Assembly: GCA_041178425.1 (NCBI GenBank)
Contig: JBEGVH010000041.1
Coordinates: 1 to 43,446, forward strand
Reading direction: 5' to 3'
From: Pseudomonadota bacterium
GTDB lineage: Bacteria > Bdellovibrionota > Bdellovibrionia > Bdellovibrionales > Bdellovibrionaceae
DNA: 43,446 nucleotides
Shown piece by piece: positions 17,887-27,764 of the stretch. The position numbers and the translations under genes are program-made. The notes below the pieces were generated by a model. That model was not told where the DNA came from, did no database searches, and saw only the letters and a program-made list of their open reading frames with translations. How positions within the stretch are numbered: position 1 is the stretch's first letter; the number at the start of each line of letters is the position of its first letter.

Positions 17887-18168
17887 ATGGCAAACGTCAG
17901 CAAAGACACCGAAGTAAAATCACTGAGCCCCGCTTTGAGCCATTCTGAAAAATCGGCCTCCATCGGCAAAAGCATGGAGTCCGTCACTCACGACATTGGT
18001 AGCCGCATCGGCTCAATGGCAACCAATGTTTCAGACAAAGCCACTGAGTATATGGATACTACTCGCAGCTATGTTAAAGAACATCCCATTCAAAGTGTCG
18101 CCATCGCAGCCGCCACCGGCGCTGTCATTGGGGGTCTAGCCACCCTCGTCGCGCGCAGAAAACAATAA
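17887..18168 (+). CDS. DUF883/ElaB/YqjD-family tail-anchored membrane protein
   Basis: YVKEHPIQSVAIAAATGAVIG...RRK C-terminus; AAGGAG SD. Confidence 0.85.
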   Translation: MANVSKDTEVKSLSPALSHSEKSASIGKSMESVTHDIGSRIGSMATNVSDKATEYMDTTRSYVKEHPIQSVAIAAATGAVIGGLATLVARRKQ

Positions 18169-18260
18169 TTTCTGTTTAAGGGCTCCCTTGCCTTGTCCAT
18201 CGGAGCCCATCCCAATTTCAACAATGCCTTGCCCCTACTAATAAAAAAAGGATCCTATTT

Positions 18261-18770
18261 GTGGAGCAAATCAAACCCCTGCTATTAATCATCACCGAGT
18301 TAGCTCGATCCCGTGGCGACGTAAAATCACTTCTCAACGACACTACCGAATTGCTTTTGAGAAAAATACACCAAGAAGTTCTCACCATTGTTCTTAAACT
18401 CTTAGGGGGCATCATTCTTACTGCGGCGGTGATCTATTCACTCTTCTCAATCGGTGACCAAATCACCTTTATTTTAATGACCGAAGAAAATGGAACAATC
18501 ATTTCGATTCTCTTTTTTCTTTTAATGATGGTCGTTTGCAGCTACCTCTTATTTCTCCTCTTCCGCGTGCCCACAGCCAACAACGACGCCTTACCCGCAG
18601 TACCAAGCCCACCCACCAGAGATCCGCTTGCCGATGCCATCGAACGCCTCACCCTCGCTTTTATTGAGGGCTTATTAGAAGGAATCGAAAAGCACAAGAG
18701 GACAACGCCCCAGACATCAGAACCCTGTGTGTCGACAATCAACCCCGAAGAATCAGGAGAAATGCCCTAG
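18261..18770 (+). CDS. Two-TM membrane protein (YqjE/holin-X-like by position)
   Basis: Two hydrophobic segments; follows the DUF883 gene; GTG start with AAGGA. Confidence 0.6.
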   Translation: MEQIKPLLLIITELARSRGDVKSLLNDTTELLLRKIHQEVLTIVLKLLGGIILTAAVIYSLFSIGDQITFILMTEENGTIISILFFLLMMVVCSYLLFLLFRVPTANNDALPAVPSPPTRDPLADAIERLTLAFIEGLLEGIEKHKRTTPQTSEPCVSTINPEESGEMP

Positions 18771-18807
18771 CCATTACCTGCGAGGCTCCCCTCAATGGTC
18801 AGCCGTC

Positions 18808-18836
18808 TTGACTCCCTTCGAAGAGCCACTTAGGCT
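18808..18836 (+). promoter_or_regulatory. sigma70-type promoter, probably leaderless transcript
   Basis: TTGACT-N17-TAGGCT, 6 nt to ATG 18843. Confidence 0.6.
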
Positions 18837-18842
18837 GATTCT

Positions 18843-19508
18843 ATGTGTGCACTCTATACGCTTCGAATTAACTATCAGGAGCTACTCAATTCTTTTGGTT
18901 TACCTTTAGCTCCTGTGCCACCGATGGATGATCTCGATCATCGCTTTTTGCCGCATCAAGAAGCTCCCATCTTTCGAAAGCGAAAAGATCAGTACATGCT
19001 CGAGCCGATGAATTTTTCGTTGATTCCAGCGTGGTCGAAAGAACGTCGCCCTAAATTTGCAACTCACAACGCTCGTCTCGAAACACTGAGAGAAAAGCCC
19101 ACGTGGAAGCGCCCGCTCGTGAGCCAACATTGCTTAGTCCCAATATCGGAGTTTATTGAACCTATTTATGAAGGGCCCCATGCTGGACACATGGTGGGAT
19201 TCTCAACCCCCTCGAGTCCAGTGCTCTGGGCTGCTGGTCTTTGGGATGAATGGATCGATGCCGCGTCAGGTTTGATTATTCCTTCTTTTACCATCATCAC
19301 CCACGAACCAAGCCCCTTTGTTCGTGAGATGGGTCATGATCGCGAACCCCTATTTCTAAGTTCAGAGACTTTTCGCCCTTGGTTGGATGCTCAAGAAAAG
19401 AATTCAACCGATTGGATCGAATTTTTAAAAAACTCCCATCGGGAGCCAGAACTTAAAACCCGTGAAGACCGAAAGCTTAAAGGAACTACAACCCCAAAGA
19501 AAACGTGA
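18843..19508 (+). CDS. SOS response-associated peptidase (SRAP/YedK/HMCES family)
   Basis: N-terminal Cys2, LIPAW, NAR.ET, CLVP..F.E, AGLW, FTIIT, HDR.P. Confidence 0.9.
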   Translation: MCALYTLRINYQELLNSFGLPLAPVPPMDDLDHRFLPHQEAPIFRKRKDQYMLEPMNFSLIPAWSKERRPKFATHNARLETLREKPTWKRPLVSQHCLVPISEFIEPIYEGPHAGHMVGFSTPSSPVLWAAGLWDEWIDAASGLIIPSFTIITHEPSPFVREMGHDREPLFLSSETFRPWLDAQEKNSTDWIEFLKNSHREPELKTREDRKLKGTTTPKKT

Positions 19509-19529
19509 GGTTCTCTTTGGGTCAATAAT

Positions 19530-21566
19530 TTACCAGATTTGACAGCGGTTAACTGGATTCATTTTTTGGCCAGCTTTACAACTGAAAGCCTCTGCAAATT
19601 CTGGCATATTCACAACAACACCGTTCACACGAAAACGCGCAGGAGAATGAGGGTCAACTTGCACTATGTTTTTCTCGTATTCAGGCGTCGCTTTTCCACA
19701 CCAAGACTGAGCATAGGCAACGAAGAATCTCTGGTACTCTTCGGCTCTTGGGGCCGCTGGAGATACTTTCTGGTAAGCATTCAAGGCGATTTTTAACCCC
19801 CCCAAATCGGCGATATTTTCACCCAAGGTGAGAGCCCCTTGAACGGGAACCCCATCGGCGACCTTATATTGATCGTATTGATTAATTAGGCATTGTGCTC
19901 TTTCCGCAAATTTTTGCGTTGATGTTTCACTCCACCAGTTTTGGAGATTTCCATTTTCGTCGAACTGGCGGCCTTCGTCATCAAAACCATGAGTTATCTC
20001 ATGTCCTACTGTGGCTCCTGTTGCTCCATAGTTAGCCGCTAAATCCGCGTTCACACTAAAAAGCGGCTCTTGCAGAATTCCGGCAGGAAAAACAATTTCA
20101 TTGAGGAGTGGATTGTAATAAGCATTGTTCGTTGATGCCGACATCCCCCACTCATTTCGGTCGACGGGTTTTCCAATTTTTGCAAGACTGCGTTCGCTCT
20201 CAAATCGATTTCCCGCGATGACGTTAGCAAACCACGAGTCTTTTCGTACTTTGTAGGTGTCGTAATTTTTACTAGGCTCTGGGTACCCTACTTTTTTCAC
20301 GAGAGTATTGAGCTTCCGAAGCGCGCCCTCCATGGTGTGTTGATCCATCCAATCGAGCTTTTGAAACATATTACGAACCTCGTTCTGAATCTGATCCATC
20401 ATCGATGCGGCCATCGTTTTTGCTTTGGCTCCAAAGGCTACGCTAACAAATGACTCGCCTAAGGCTTCGCCAAGATAGCTATCAACCGATGCCACACACT
20501 GTTTCCAACGGGCACGAGGTACTTTTTGACCGTTTAATATTCGACCATAAAAATTAAAATCTTCTGCCATGAGGTCCGCGCCTGCATAATCTGCGACTGA
20601 ATGTATGGCGTGCCATTCAAGATAGCTGACGATGTCTTGAATAGAGTGATTTGCCAAAAGATCACCAAAAGCCTTAAAAAAACTCGGCACGGCGACGTTC
20701 AGCGCTTGGTCTTTTTTAATGTTCATAACAGAAAAATAGGTTTGCCAATCAAACTGAGGCGCCAACACCTGCAAATCAGATAAAGTCATTTTGTGGTAAA
20801 TTGATTGAGGATCGCGGCGATCAATGGAGCCGAGAGAGGCTTTGGCCAACTCTGTTTCGATCGCCATAATTGTTTGGACTGGTTTTTCGCCCTTTACTTT
20901 TTTAATTCCACCCAATTTTAACATCTTTTGCATGTGAGCGAGATACTGTTGACGAGTCTTAACCATTTCGTCCTCTTGATCGAGGTAGTAGTTTTTTTCT
21001 GGTAAGGCCAAACCACTTTGATCAAATTGAGGAATCACTTGACGAGCGTCACCAGGGTCTTGGTCGACATAAAAACCAAAAAAACCACCGATGCCATCGA
21101 GGTGAAGATTCGCAAGCAAATCGGCAAGAGCCATTTTTTGACGGGCGGGAGCTTCATCCTTCAGGCTTCTCACTTTCTTGAGAATCGATTGTAAGCCCTT
21201 GCGTCCTTGTTCATTGGCCACGCGTTCATTCACGCAGGCCCCATAGAAAGCTCCCAATTTAGCGGCGTCTTTTTGAGCTGGAACCATTTGGCCTTTTTTA
21301 TAATTTTCGAGAATTGTACGTAAAACTGATTCCGTATTCTCATCGATTTCGGAGAATCGATAAACCTTTGAACGATCGGCAGGAATCTCGGTTTTCTTCA
21401 ACCATTGTCCGCAGGCATATTCAAAAAAGTCTTCGCAGGGCGAAACATTAGAATCGATAAGATTTGGATCTACCACTCGGGAACCCGCAGCGGCGGAAGA
21501 ATTGATCGTCAGCGATAAAACCGAAAAAAAACTAAATGCTATTTTTATTGATTTCATGAATCTCAT
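19530..21566 (-). CDS. M13 (neprilysin/PepO-like) zinc metallopeptidase, secreted
   Basis: Signal peptide, PCEDFFEYACG, NAYY, HEITH, ENIADLGG, DPHSP. Confidence 0.95.
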   Translation of the reverse strand: MRFMKSIKIAFSFFSVLSLTINSSAAAGSRVVDPNLIDSNVSPCEDFFEYACGQWLKKTEIPADRSKVYRFSEIDENTESVLRTILENYKKGQMVPAQKDAAKLGAFYGACVNERVANEQGRKGLQSILKKVRSLKDEAPARQKMALADLLANLHLDGIGGFFGFYVDQDPGDARQVIPQFDQSGLALPEKNYYLDQEDEMVKTRQQYLAHMQKMLKLGGIKKVKGEKPVQTIMAIETELAKASLGSIDRRDPQSIYHKMTLSDLQVLAPQFDWQTYFSVMNIKKDQALNVAVPSFFKAFGDLLANHSIQDIVSYLEWHAIHSVADYAGADLMAEDFNFYGRILNGQKVPRARWKQCVASVDSYLGEALGESFVSVAFGAKAKTMAASMMDQIQNEVRNMFQKLDWMDQHTMEGALRKLNTLVKKVGYPEPSKNYDTYKVRKDSWFANVIAGNRFESERSLAKIGKPVDRNEWGMSASTNNAYYNPLLNEIVFPAGILQEPLFSVNADLAANYGATGATVGHEITHGFDDEGRQFDENGNLQNWWSETSTQKFAERAQCLINQYDQYKVADGVPVQGALTLGENIADLGGLKIALNAYQKVSPAAPRAEEYQRFFVAYAQSWCGKATPEYEKNIVQVDPHSPARFRVNGVVVNMPEFAEAFSCKAGQKMNPVNRCQIW

Positions 21567-21816
21567 TTATTCTCCCTAAAGTAAGAATCTAACCACTTGG
21601 GTTCGATGCCGATAACCATTAGTTTTTTTGCGCTTGAATGTCAGCTAAATTTATTTAATTTGAAGGGCTTAATTGAACGGTTTCAGCGTTTTTTTTGGCA
21701 TGTCATTGTGACTTTAGCAAGAGAGCCAGCGTATTGGAACTTGCCGACATTCATCTCAACAGATTGAAACCTCTACACATTCGAAGTCAATTTTTGTTAC
21801 TTTGAACGATGAGAAA

Positions 21817-23229
21817 TTAAGCGACCTTTTTTTTGACTTTTGATTTTTTATGCGTTCCAGCCACGGCCAGAAATTTATCCTTACGCGTAGAAATCATTTG
21901 AGAACAAACAACCGCGATCGATTTTACCATGTACGGATCCATTTTTTCCACAAAAGCAGCCGCGTTTATTTTGCCAGCAAAAAAATCTTTCGCTATCACA
22001 AGATCATCAAGCATTCTCTGCTGCCCAATGCATTTATAAATAAAGGCTGTTAAGGGGGTTTTCCGAAAATCAAGAATCGACACAAGGAGTGCTTCATACT
22101 CCAGCAAACCCAGAACGTCTTCGTTAACATCTTTTGCTTTTTTAACAGGAACTTTGCGTATGAGATCATTAAATTCGGCTTTGGATTTGGAATTATCCCG
22201 CCCTCTTGAGCCCATAAGCATAACGACTGGGGCATCGCCCCCCGTGAGTTCACAAAGAGATTCAAGAACAGCCATCGATAACAAGCGTCCAGCCAGATAA
22301 GATTTTGCTAACTCAACGTTCTTTTGAGCTCTCGCTCGAAGTTGAAAAAAAGTCTCAAAACTAGGCTCATTGCGATATTGGTGAAAAATGGCATTGGTAT
22401 CGACACGATGAAAGAAACCCTCCATTTTCTCAAGAGCAATTCGATAATTTTTAATGGTGTACACTTTGGTACCAAGAACGACGGCGTTGTTTTCATGAAG
22501 AAGTTTCCAGGTGTTATCTAAAAAAACCACGGTTTCTTCATAACCAAAATTCCCAACGTCGAGATTGGCGAACTTTACCGACGTAACAGTCAATTCAATT
22601 AAATCATCTTCACTCAAACCCAATCGAAGACTTTGGTTCATCAAATTCAATCGTTCTTCCAAGTGTCGAAAGCAACTCTTTCCTTGCTCATCGGGTTTTC
22701 TAAAGGGGAGGCTCGCTTCAATACAAGCAAGAACTCCCAGCAAATCTTTAATAGGCAGAATAGGATAAAAAAGTCTTGCGAAGACGATCGCACTCAAAAA
22801 TTCATTTAAACCCGCAAAAGGCGACAGTAATTGCCCTCGACGAAATCCAAAAACACCCAAAAGGAGTGGCATAACCGGGTCTTGCAACTCTTGGTTTCGA
22901 CGAATAAAAACCTGGGCGATTTCTCTGGTAACGTAGGGTTCGACCAATTCTTCAACACGCGAAGTAAATCCAGCGTCTACATTGTAATAAACGATATCGT
23001 GAAAGAGGGCCGCCAAGACCAAGATGGGATTTTCTTCCTCTTGGATGATCTGAAATATATGTTCAGGAGTATGAAAACGACGATTGGAGCCCGACATGGC
23101 TTCATGAACAAGAATGGCTTTTTCTTCAATGAACTCTTGGGAGCAAGGGACTTTCAAATCAGCCATAGCTTTCTCAACCAAGTTCACAAGTTTTTGAATC
23201 GTAGTTCCCGACAAACCAAAACCTTTCAA
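21817..23229 (-). CDS. HD-superfamily metal-dependent phosphohydrolase-like protein
   Basis: RRFHTPEH...LAALFHDIVY motif; TTG start. Confidence 0.7.
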   Translation of the reverse strand: MKGFGLSGTTIQKLVNLVEKAMADLKVPCSQEFIEEKAILVHEAMSGSNRRFHTPEHIFQIIQEEENPILVLAALFHDIVYYNVDAGFTSRVEELVEPYVTREIAQVFIRRNQELQDPVMPLLLGVFGFRRGQLLSPFAGLNEFLSAIVFARLFYPILPIKDLLGVLACIEASLPFRKPDEQGKSCFRHLEERLNLMNQSLRLGLSEDDLIELTVTSVKFANLDVGNFGYEETVVFLDNTWKLLHENNAVVLGTKVYTIKNYRIALEKMEGFFHRVDTNAIFHQYRNEPSFETFFQLRARAQKNVELAKSYLAGRLLSMAVLESLCELTGGDAPVVMLMGSRGRDNSKSKAEFNDLIRKVPVKKAKDVNEDVLGLLEYEALLVSILDFRKTPLTAFIYKCIGQQRMLDDLVIAKDFFAGKINAAAFVEKMDPYMVKSIAVVCSQMISTRKDKFLAVAGTHKKSKVKKKVA

Positions 23230-23249
23230 TTAAGAATTGACTACCACTG

Positions 23250-23277
23250 TTATCGGCTTTTGAGAGAAAAAAACTTA
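23250..23277 (-). promoter_or_regulatory. sigma28 (FliA)-type promoter for the HD protein gene
   Basis: Minus strand TAAG-N16-GCCGATAA, 20 nt upstream of TTG 23229. Confidence 0.6.
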
Positions 23278-23415
23278 GCTCAGAGCAGAGTTTTTTAGGA
23301 AAAACCTCGACCTCCCTTCATCTGTGGTGCAGCATCACTCCGAAAACCACTCGTTCTTCTTTGAATTTTGCATTAGAATGGGACAAGTTTTTCAAACGCA
23401 AAGGGACCTTAAATT

Positions 23416-24993
23416 ATGTTTATGACTTGGATTTTACCAATAACGCTGGGCATTCTCGTTGGGGGCTTTTTGGCCTTTATACTGACGAACTACCTGGGTA
23501 CCCTTGAGAAAAAACGAGCTCAATCCGAAGCCAAAGAAATCCTTGATCGGGTCAAGGATGCCGCGGAACTCCTCGAAATGGACCAAAAACAACAAATGCT
23601 CGAAATCGAGGAAGAGCTCTGGACTAAAGTGGAGCCAGAACTCTTTAAAATGGAAGAAAAGCTAGAATCCCTCGAAGAAGAAGTTGAAGCCAGAAAAGAG
23701 AAACTCACCTCCGAGATTGAGGAGTTAAAGCGTGCGCTAGAACCGAGAACTGCTGAAATCGCAGCCGCAGAAAAAAACTTGAAGCAATTTGAAGCTCAAA
23801 CGAAACAGCACAAAGAAGAACTTAAGAAAATCAGCGATGATTTTGTGACTCAACTTGAGATCAAAGTAAAGACGACTCGTGGGGAAACGGTAAAGGAAAT
23901 CATTCAAGGTTTAGTGAGCGAAACCCAGGTTCGTTGCCTTCGCGATAGCACTGAGTATCTTAATGACATCTCGAACACGGTTGAAGATCGTGCTAAAAAA
24001 ATATTATCCATCGTCATCGACCGGTTCGCACGCCCCTTCTGTTCAGAACGAGGTCTTGGTACGGTAGAGTTTCCAGATGCCCATGTTCGACAGTTGTTTT
24101 TAGATAAAGACAAAAAAAATATTTCAATAGTCCAGGAAATTTGTGGTTGCGATCTCATCATTGAAGATGAAAATGAAACAATTGGAATTGCTGGCTTTGA
24201 TCCCGTCCGTAGAGAGTGGACTCGCCGCTCATTAGAGAAGATTCTTAAAGAGCGTCGCTCTATCAATCCGGATATGATTCGCAGAAAAACAACCGAAGCT
24301 CAAAAAGAACTGTTTCGCCAAATTAAAAATGATGGCGATAATATTTGCAGAGAATTAGGGCTTCGTGATGTGCATCCCGAAATTCGTCAAATGATGGGAA
24401 GCCTTCGGTATCGCTATTCATTTACTCAAAATCAATATTATCATTGCTCTGAAGTTGGATGGCTCTGTGGCCTCATCGCGGGAGAGTTGAAACTACCGAT
24501 CCGCATTGCTCGTCGCGCGGGAATGTTTCATGACATTGGTAAATCCATGGATCATGCGATGGAGGGGGGCCACGCGATGATTGGCGCTGACTTTATTAAG
24601 GAGCGCAATGAGGGCCCCGATGTCGTTCATGCTGTTCGTGCTCACCACTTTGACGAACAACCAAACTCTGATCTCGCTTTTATGGTTATTGCTGCCGATG
24701 CCATTAGCGGCGCTCGCCCTGGGGCAAGACGGTCAGCACTTGAATCTTACACACAAAAAGTGACGGAGCTCGAAACGATTGCCTTGAGTTTTGCTGGTGT
24801 CAACGATTGCTACGTTCTAAGTGGCGGCCGCGAAGTCCGAGTGATTGCCGATGCAAAAATTCTTGATGACGTAAAAGCCCTCGCGCTGTCAAAAGAACTA
24901 GCCGCCCGTATCGAAAACGAAGTGAGCTACCCCGGTCAAATAAAGGTTGTGGTTGTAAGAAATACTTCGAGCCAAGAAACCACGCGCGTTTAA
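23416..24993 (+). CDS. rny: Ribonuclease Y-family protein (KH loop degenerate)
   Basis: N-terminal TM, coiled coil, GFDPVRRE, LRYRYS..QN..H, HDIGK, AADAISGARPGAR, GREVRV, YPGQIKV. Confidence 0.88.
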   Translation: MFMTWILPITLGILVGGFLAFILTNYLGTLEKKRAQSEAKEILDRVKDAAELLEMDQKQQMLEIEEELWTKVEPELFKMEEKLESLEEEVEARKEKLTSEIEELKRALEPRTAEIAAAEKNLKQFEAQTKQHKEELKKISDDFVTQLEIKVKTTRGETVKEIIQGLVSETQVRCLRDSTEYLNDISNTVEDRAKKILSIVIDRFARPFCSERGLGTVEFPDAHVRQLFLDKDKKNISIVQEICGCDLIIEDENETIGIAGFDPVRREWTRRSLEKILKERRSINPDMIRRKTTEAQKELFRQIKNDGDNICRELGLRDVHPEIRQMMGSLRYRYSFTQNQYYHCSEVGWLCGLIAGELKLPIRIARRAGMFHDIGKSMDHAMEGGHAMIGADFIKERNEGPDVVHAVRAHHFDEQPNSDLAFMVIAADAISGARPGARRSALESYTQKVTELETIALSFAGVNDCYVLSGGREVRVIADAKILDDVKALALSKELAARIENEVSYPGQIKVVVVRNTSSQETTRV

Positions 24994-25001
24994 CAATAAA
25001 A

Positions 25002-25027
25002 AAAAGGGCAACTTTCGTTGCCCTTTT
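25002..25027. terminator. Bidirectional rho-independent terminator between rny and fadE
   Basis: AAAAGGGCAAC-TTTC-GTTGCCCTTTT flanked by A/T runs. Confidence 0.88.
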
Positions 25028-25049
25028 CATTTGATTCTCAAAGTTCTTA

Positions 25050-27524
25050 TTAGAGATTCATCAGTCCCATGACAGAACTTTCATTGGTGCTTGAACGATA
25101 CTGATTTTCGTTAAAATCATCCACTTGAACAGCGTCAAAGCGAACGATTTCGCTCTTCAACAACATTTCTTTGTCTTCAGCAGTGATCACTGACTTTGCC
25201 AAAGCATCCTCAATGAGCAAGTGCGATTTTTTCTTGGGGAGAACTCCATCTTTGATCGCCTTGCGAATCTTCTTTTCGGCCGCATCCGCTTGGCTAACAA
25301 CTTTGAAGGCATTATTTAATCGTGCTACCTGCTCGTTCATGTCTTTAGGCATGTAAATACCTTCAAGCATTCTATCACGAGTCGGAGTGTTATTGATCAT
25401 CGCTTCAACCATTCCGTGGGTAAGGTTATCGGTGATGTGTGAGCTCAAAGAGTTAATTCTCGACCAGGCACCCACCCAACCTTTCACAAACCAACTAAGG
25501 CCAGGAATGGTGAGGTTGTCATAAATACCATCAAAAGAATTTTGGATCTGTTGCAAACCATATTTAAGAGAGAAGCGAACAAAGGCCAAGTCTTCAGGAC
25601 GACGACCCTCAGCTTCGAAACGACGGATAACGGCCGTACAAATATACATCCACGAAAGGATATCAGCAAAGCGTCCAGTCAGTTTCTCTTTTAGCTTAAG
25701 AGTTCCACCAAGAGTTCCCATCGCTATATCTGACCAGATGGCAAAAGATGCCGATGACCAAACAAGACGACGATAATACACAGCCAAAGGACCCGCTCCC
25801 GAAGGAATTGAGGCAATGTAACCGCGTGTGGCACTCAAACACAAAGCTCTAAATCCATTTCTGACGATGTGACCAATATGGCCCCAAAATGCCTCATCAA
25901 AACCTTTCACATCTCCATTTTCAACCGTTTCAACTTCTTTAAAGGCATAAGGGTGAGCTCTTAAAGCCCCCTGACCGAAAACCATGAGTGTTCGAGTGAG
26001 GATATTGGCTCCTTCAACAGTGATACCGATCGGAGTTGCGATATAAATTTCTGCAATAAGATTTCTAGGCCCCATCGAAATACCATTACCACCAATAGCA
26101 TCCATAGCATCGTTAATGATTTTACGGCCAATTTCGGTAGCATTGTATTTAGAAATCGCAGTGATGACCGGCGGTTTAATACCCTTATCGAGGGCGCCCA
26201 CGGTAAAGCGACGAAGCGCTTCGATCATATAGTTAAATCCAACAATACGTGCGATCGGTTCTTCAACGCCTTCGAATTTTCCGATAGGTAATCCGAACTG
26301 ACGGCGAACAGCCGCGTGAGCTGTGGTAGCAAAAGTAGAAAGTTTTGCACCACCAGCGCTTTGGGCTGGCAACGAGATGCCGCGTCCCGCTGCTAAGCAG
26401 TCCATCAGCATTCCCCAACCTTTACCTACCCCTTCAACTCCACCAATGACAGCATCGAGTCCAACCACCACATCTTTTCCACGTGTTGGACAGTTGTGAA
26501 ATGGAACGCTCAATGGATCATGGCGCTGACCCAGCATCACACCCGGAGTGCTGGTAGGAATAAGAGCGGCGGTGATACCCACCTCTTCACCTTGACCCAA
26601 CAAATTTTGTGGATCACGAAGTTTGAAGGCAAGCCCTAAAACCGTGGCGATTGAAGCCAGTGTAATATAGCGCTTATTCCAATTAAGTTTGATTTTAATT
26701 TGTCCGTCAGTGTCTTTAAAAACTACACCGTCGGATGTGATAGAAGCGGCATCACTACCCGCCCCTGGTTCAGTCAATGCGAAACAAGGGATTTCATCAC
26801 CATTGGCAAGACGAGGAAGATAATGCTTCTTTTGCTCTTCTGTTCCGTAGTGAACCAAAAGCTCTGCTGGCCCCAATGAGTTAGGCACCATCACCGAAAT
26901 CGCCGCTGGCAAGGATCGCGAGGATAATTTCATGATGACTTCAGAGTGAGCCATCGCCGAAAAGCCCAATCCACCGTATTCTTTAGGAATGATCATTCCT
27001 AAGAACTTCTCTTTTTTGATGATATCCCAAGCTTCTTTCGGAAGTTCTCTTTGCTTATAGATTTTCCAAGGTTGAAGGGCATCGCATAAGCGCTCGAGAG
27101 GCCCATTCACAAATGCTTTTTCAGCTTCTGTGAGTTCAGGATAAGGTTCTTGCATTATTTTTGAGAAATCGGGCTTACCAGAAAAGAGATCACCCTCAAC
27201 CCAAACGACCCCCGCTTCGAGAGCTGTTCTTTCTGTGGGAGAGATTTTGGGGATAAAATCGAGAGCCTTAAGAAGTTTCATTAACGAGCTCGAAACCAAA
27301 CTCGCGCGCAAAGGCTTGACATTAAAGATGACCAACACAGCGGCGATGACTCCCGTGAGCCAAACCGGGGCTGCAAATCCCCACAGAGAGGCCAGTATAA
27401 AGAGTGACCACACAAACAGTGGGCTCCCCATGTATCCAACCACTAACAGAACCAGCACCCAACCGAGCGTTAACCCCATTGATAAATCGTTAACCAGAAA
27501 TCCATAGAGCGGTAAAGTTTCCAC
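25050..27524 (-). CDS. fadE: Acyl-CoA dehydrogenase, FadE type (with C-terminal DUF1974)
   Basis: IS.TE..ALEAG.VW, VMVPNSLGPAELL, PCFALTEP.AGSDA, ITVEGANILTR; GGAGG SD with GTG start. Confidence 0.95.
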   Translation of the reverse strand: METLPLYGFLVNDLSMGLTLGWVLVLLVVGYMGSPLFVWSLFILASLWGFAAPVWLTGVIAAVLVIFNVKPLRASLVSSSLMKLLKALDFIPKISPTERTALEAGVVWVEGDLFSGKPDFSKIMQEPYPELTEAEKAFVNGPLERLCDALQPWKIYKQRELPKEAWDIIKKEKFLGMIIPKEYGGLGFSAMAHSEVIMKLSSRSLPAAISVMVPNSLGPAELLVHYGTEEQKKHYLPRLANGDEIPCFALTEPGAGSDAASITSDGVVFKDTDGQIKIKLNWNKRYITLASIATVLGLAFKLRDPQNLLGQGEEVGITAALIPTSTPGVMLGQRHDPLSVPFHNCPTRGKDVVVGLDAVIGGVEGVGKGWGMLMDCLAAGRGISLPAQSAGGAKLSTFATTAHAAVRRQFGLPIGKFEGVEEPIARIVGFNYMIEALRRFTVGALDKGIKPPVITAISKYNATEIGRKIINDAMDAIGGNGISMGPRNLIAEIYIATPIGITVEGANILTRTLMVFGQGALRAHPYAFKEVETVENGDVKGFDEAFWGHIGHIVRNGFRALCLSATRGYIASIPSGAGPLAVYYRRLVWSSASFAIWSDIAMGTLGGTLKLKEKLTGRFADILSWMYICTAVIRRFEAEGRRPEDLAFVRFSLKYGLQQIQNSFDGIYDNLTIPGLSWFVKGWVGAWSRINSLSSHITDNLTHGMVEAMINNTPTRDRMLEGIYMPKDMNEQVARLNNAFKVVSQADAAEKKIRKAIKDGVLPKKKSHLLIEDALAKSVITAEDKEMLLKSEIVRFDAVQVDDFNENQYRSSTNESSVMGLMNL

Positions 27525-27699
27525 GTGCTCCTCCTTTTTATTGATATAACGATAATCCTAGAAAGAGAGGGGAGCAACACACAACTATCACTCAGGGCCA
27601 AAGTAACACTTTATATTTATAAGCAATTTTTGTGGATACGACCTGATGAAGGATTCAGGCGAGAGAGCAAGACTAAAGAAAGGTCTTAGGTAGTCTTAA

Positions 27700-27729
27700 A
27701 AATAAAAAACCCCCGATTTCTCGAGGGTT
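27700..27729 (-). terminator. Rho-independent terminator
   Basis: Minus strand AACCCTCGA-GAAA-TCGGGGGTT followed by a T run. Confidence 0.8.
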
Positions 27730-27764
27730 CTTCAGAACCTTTGCCTAAACAAAGTCGACTATAA

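Noticed and set aside
22831..23298. 155-aa + ORF
   Set aside because: Antisense shadow of the HD-domain gene
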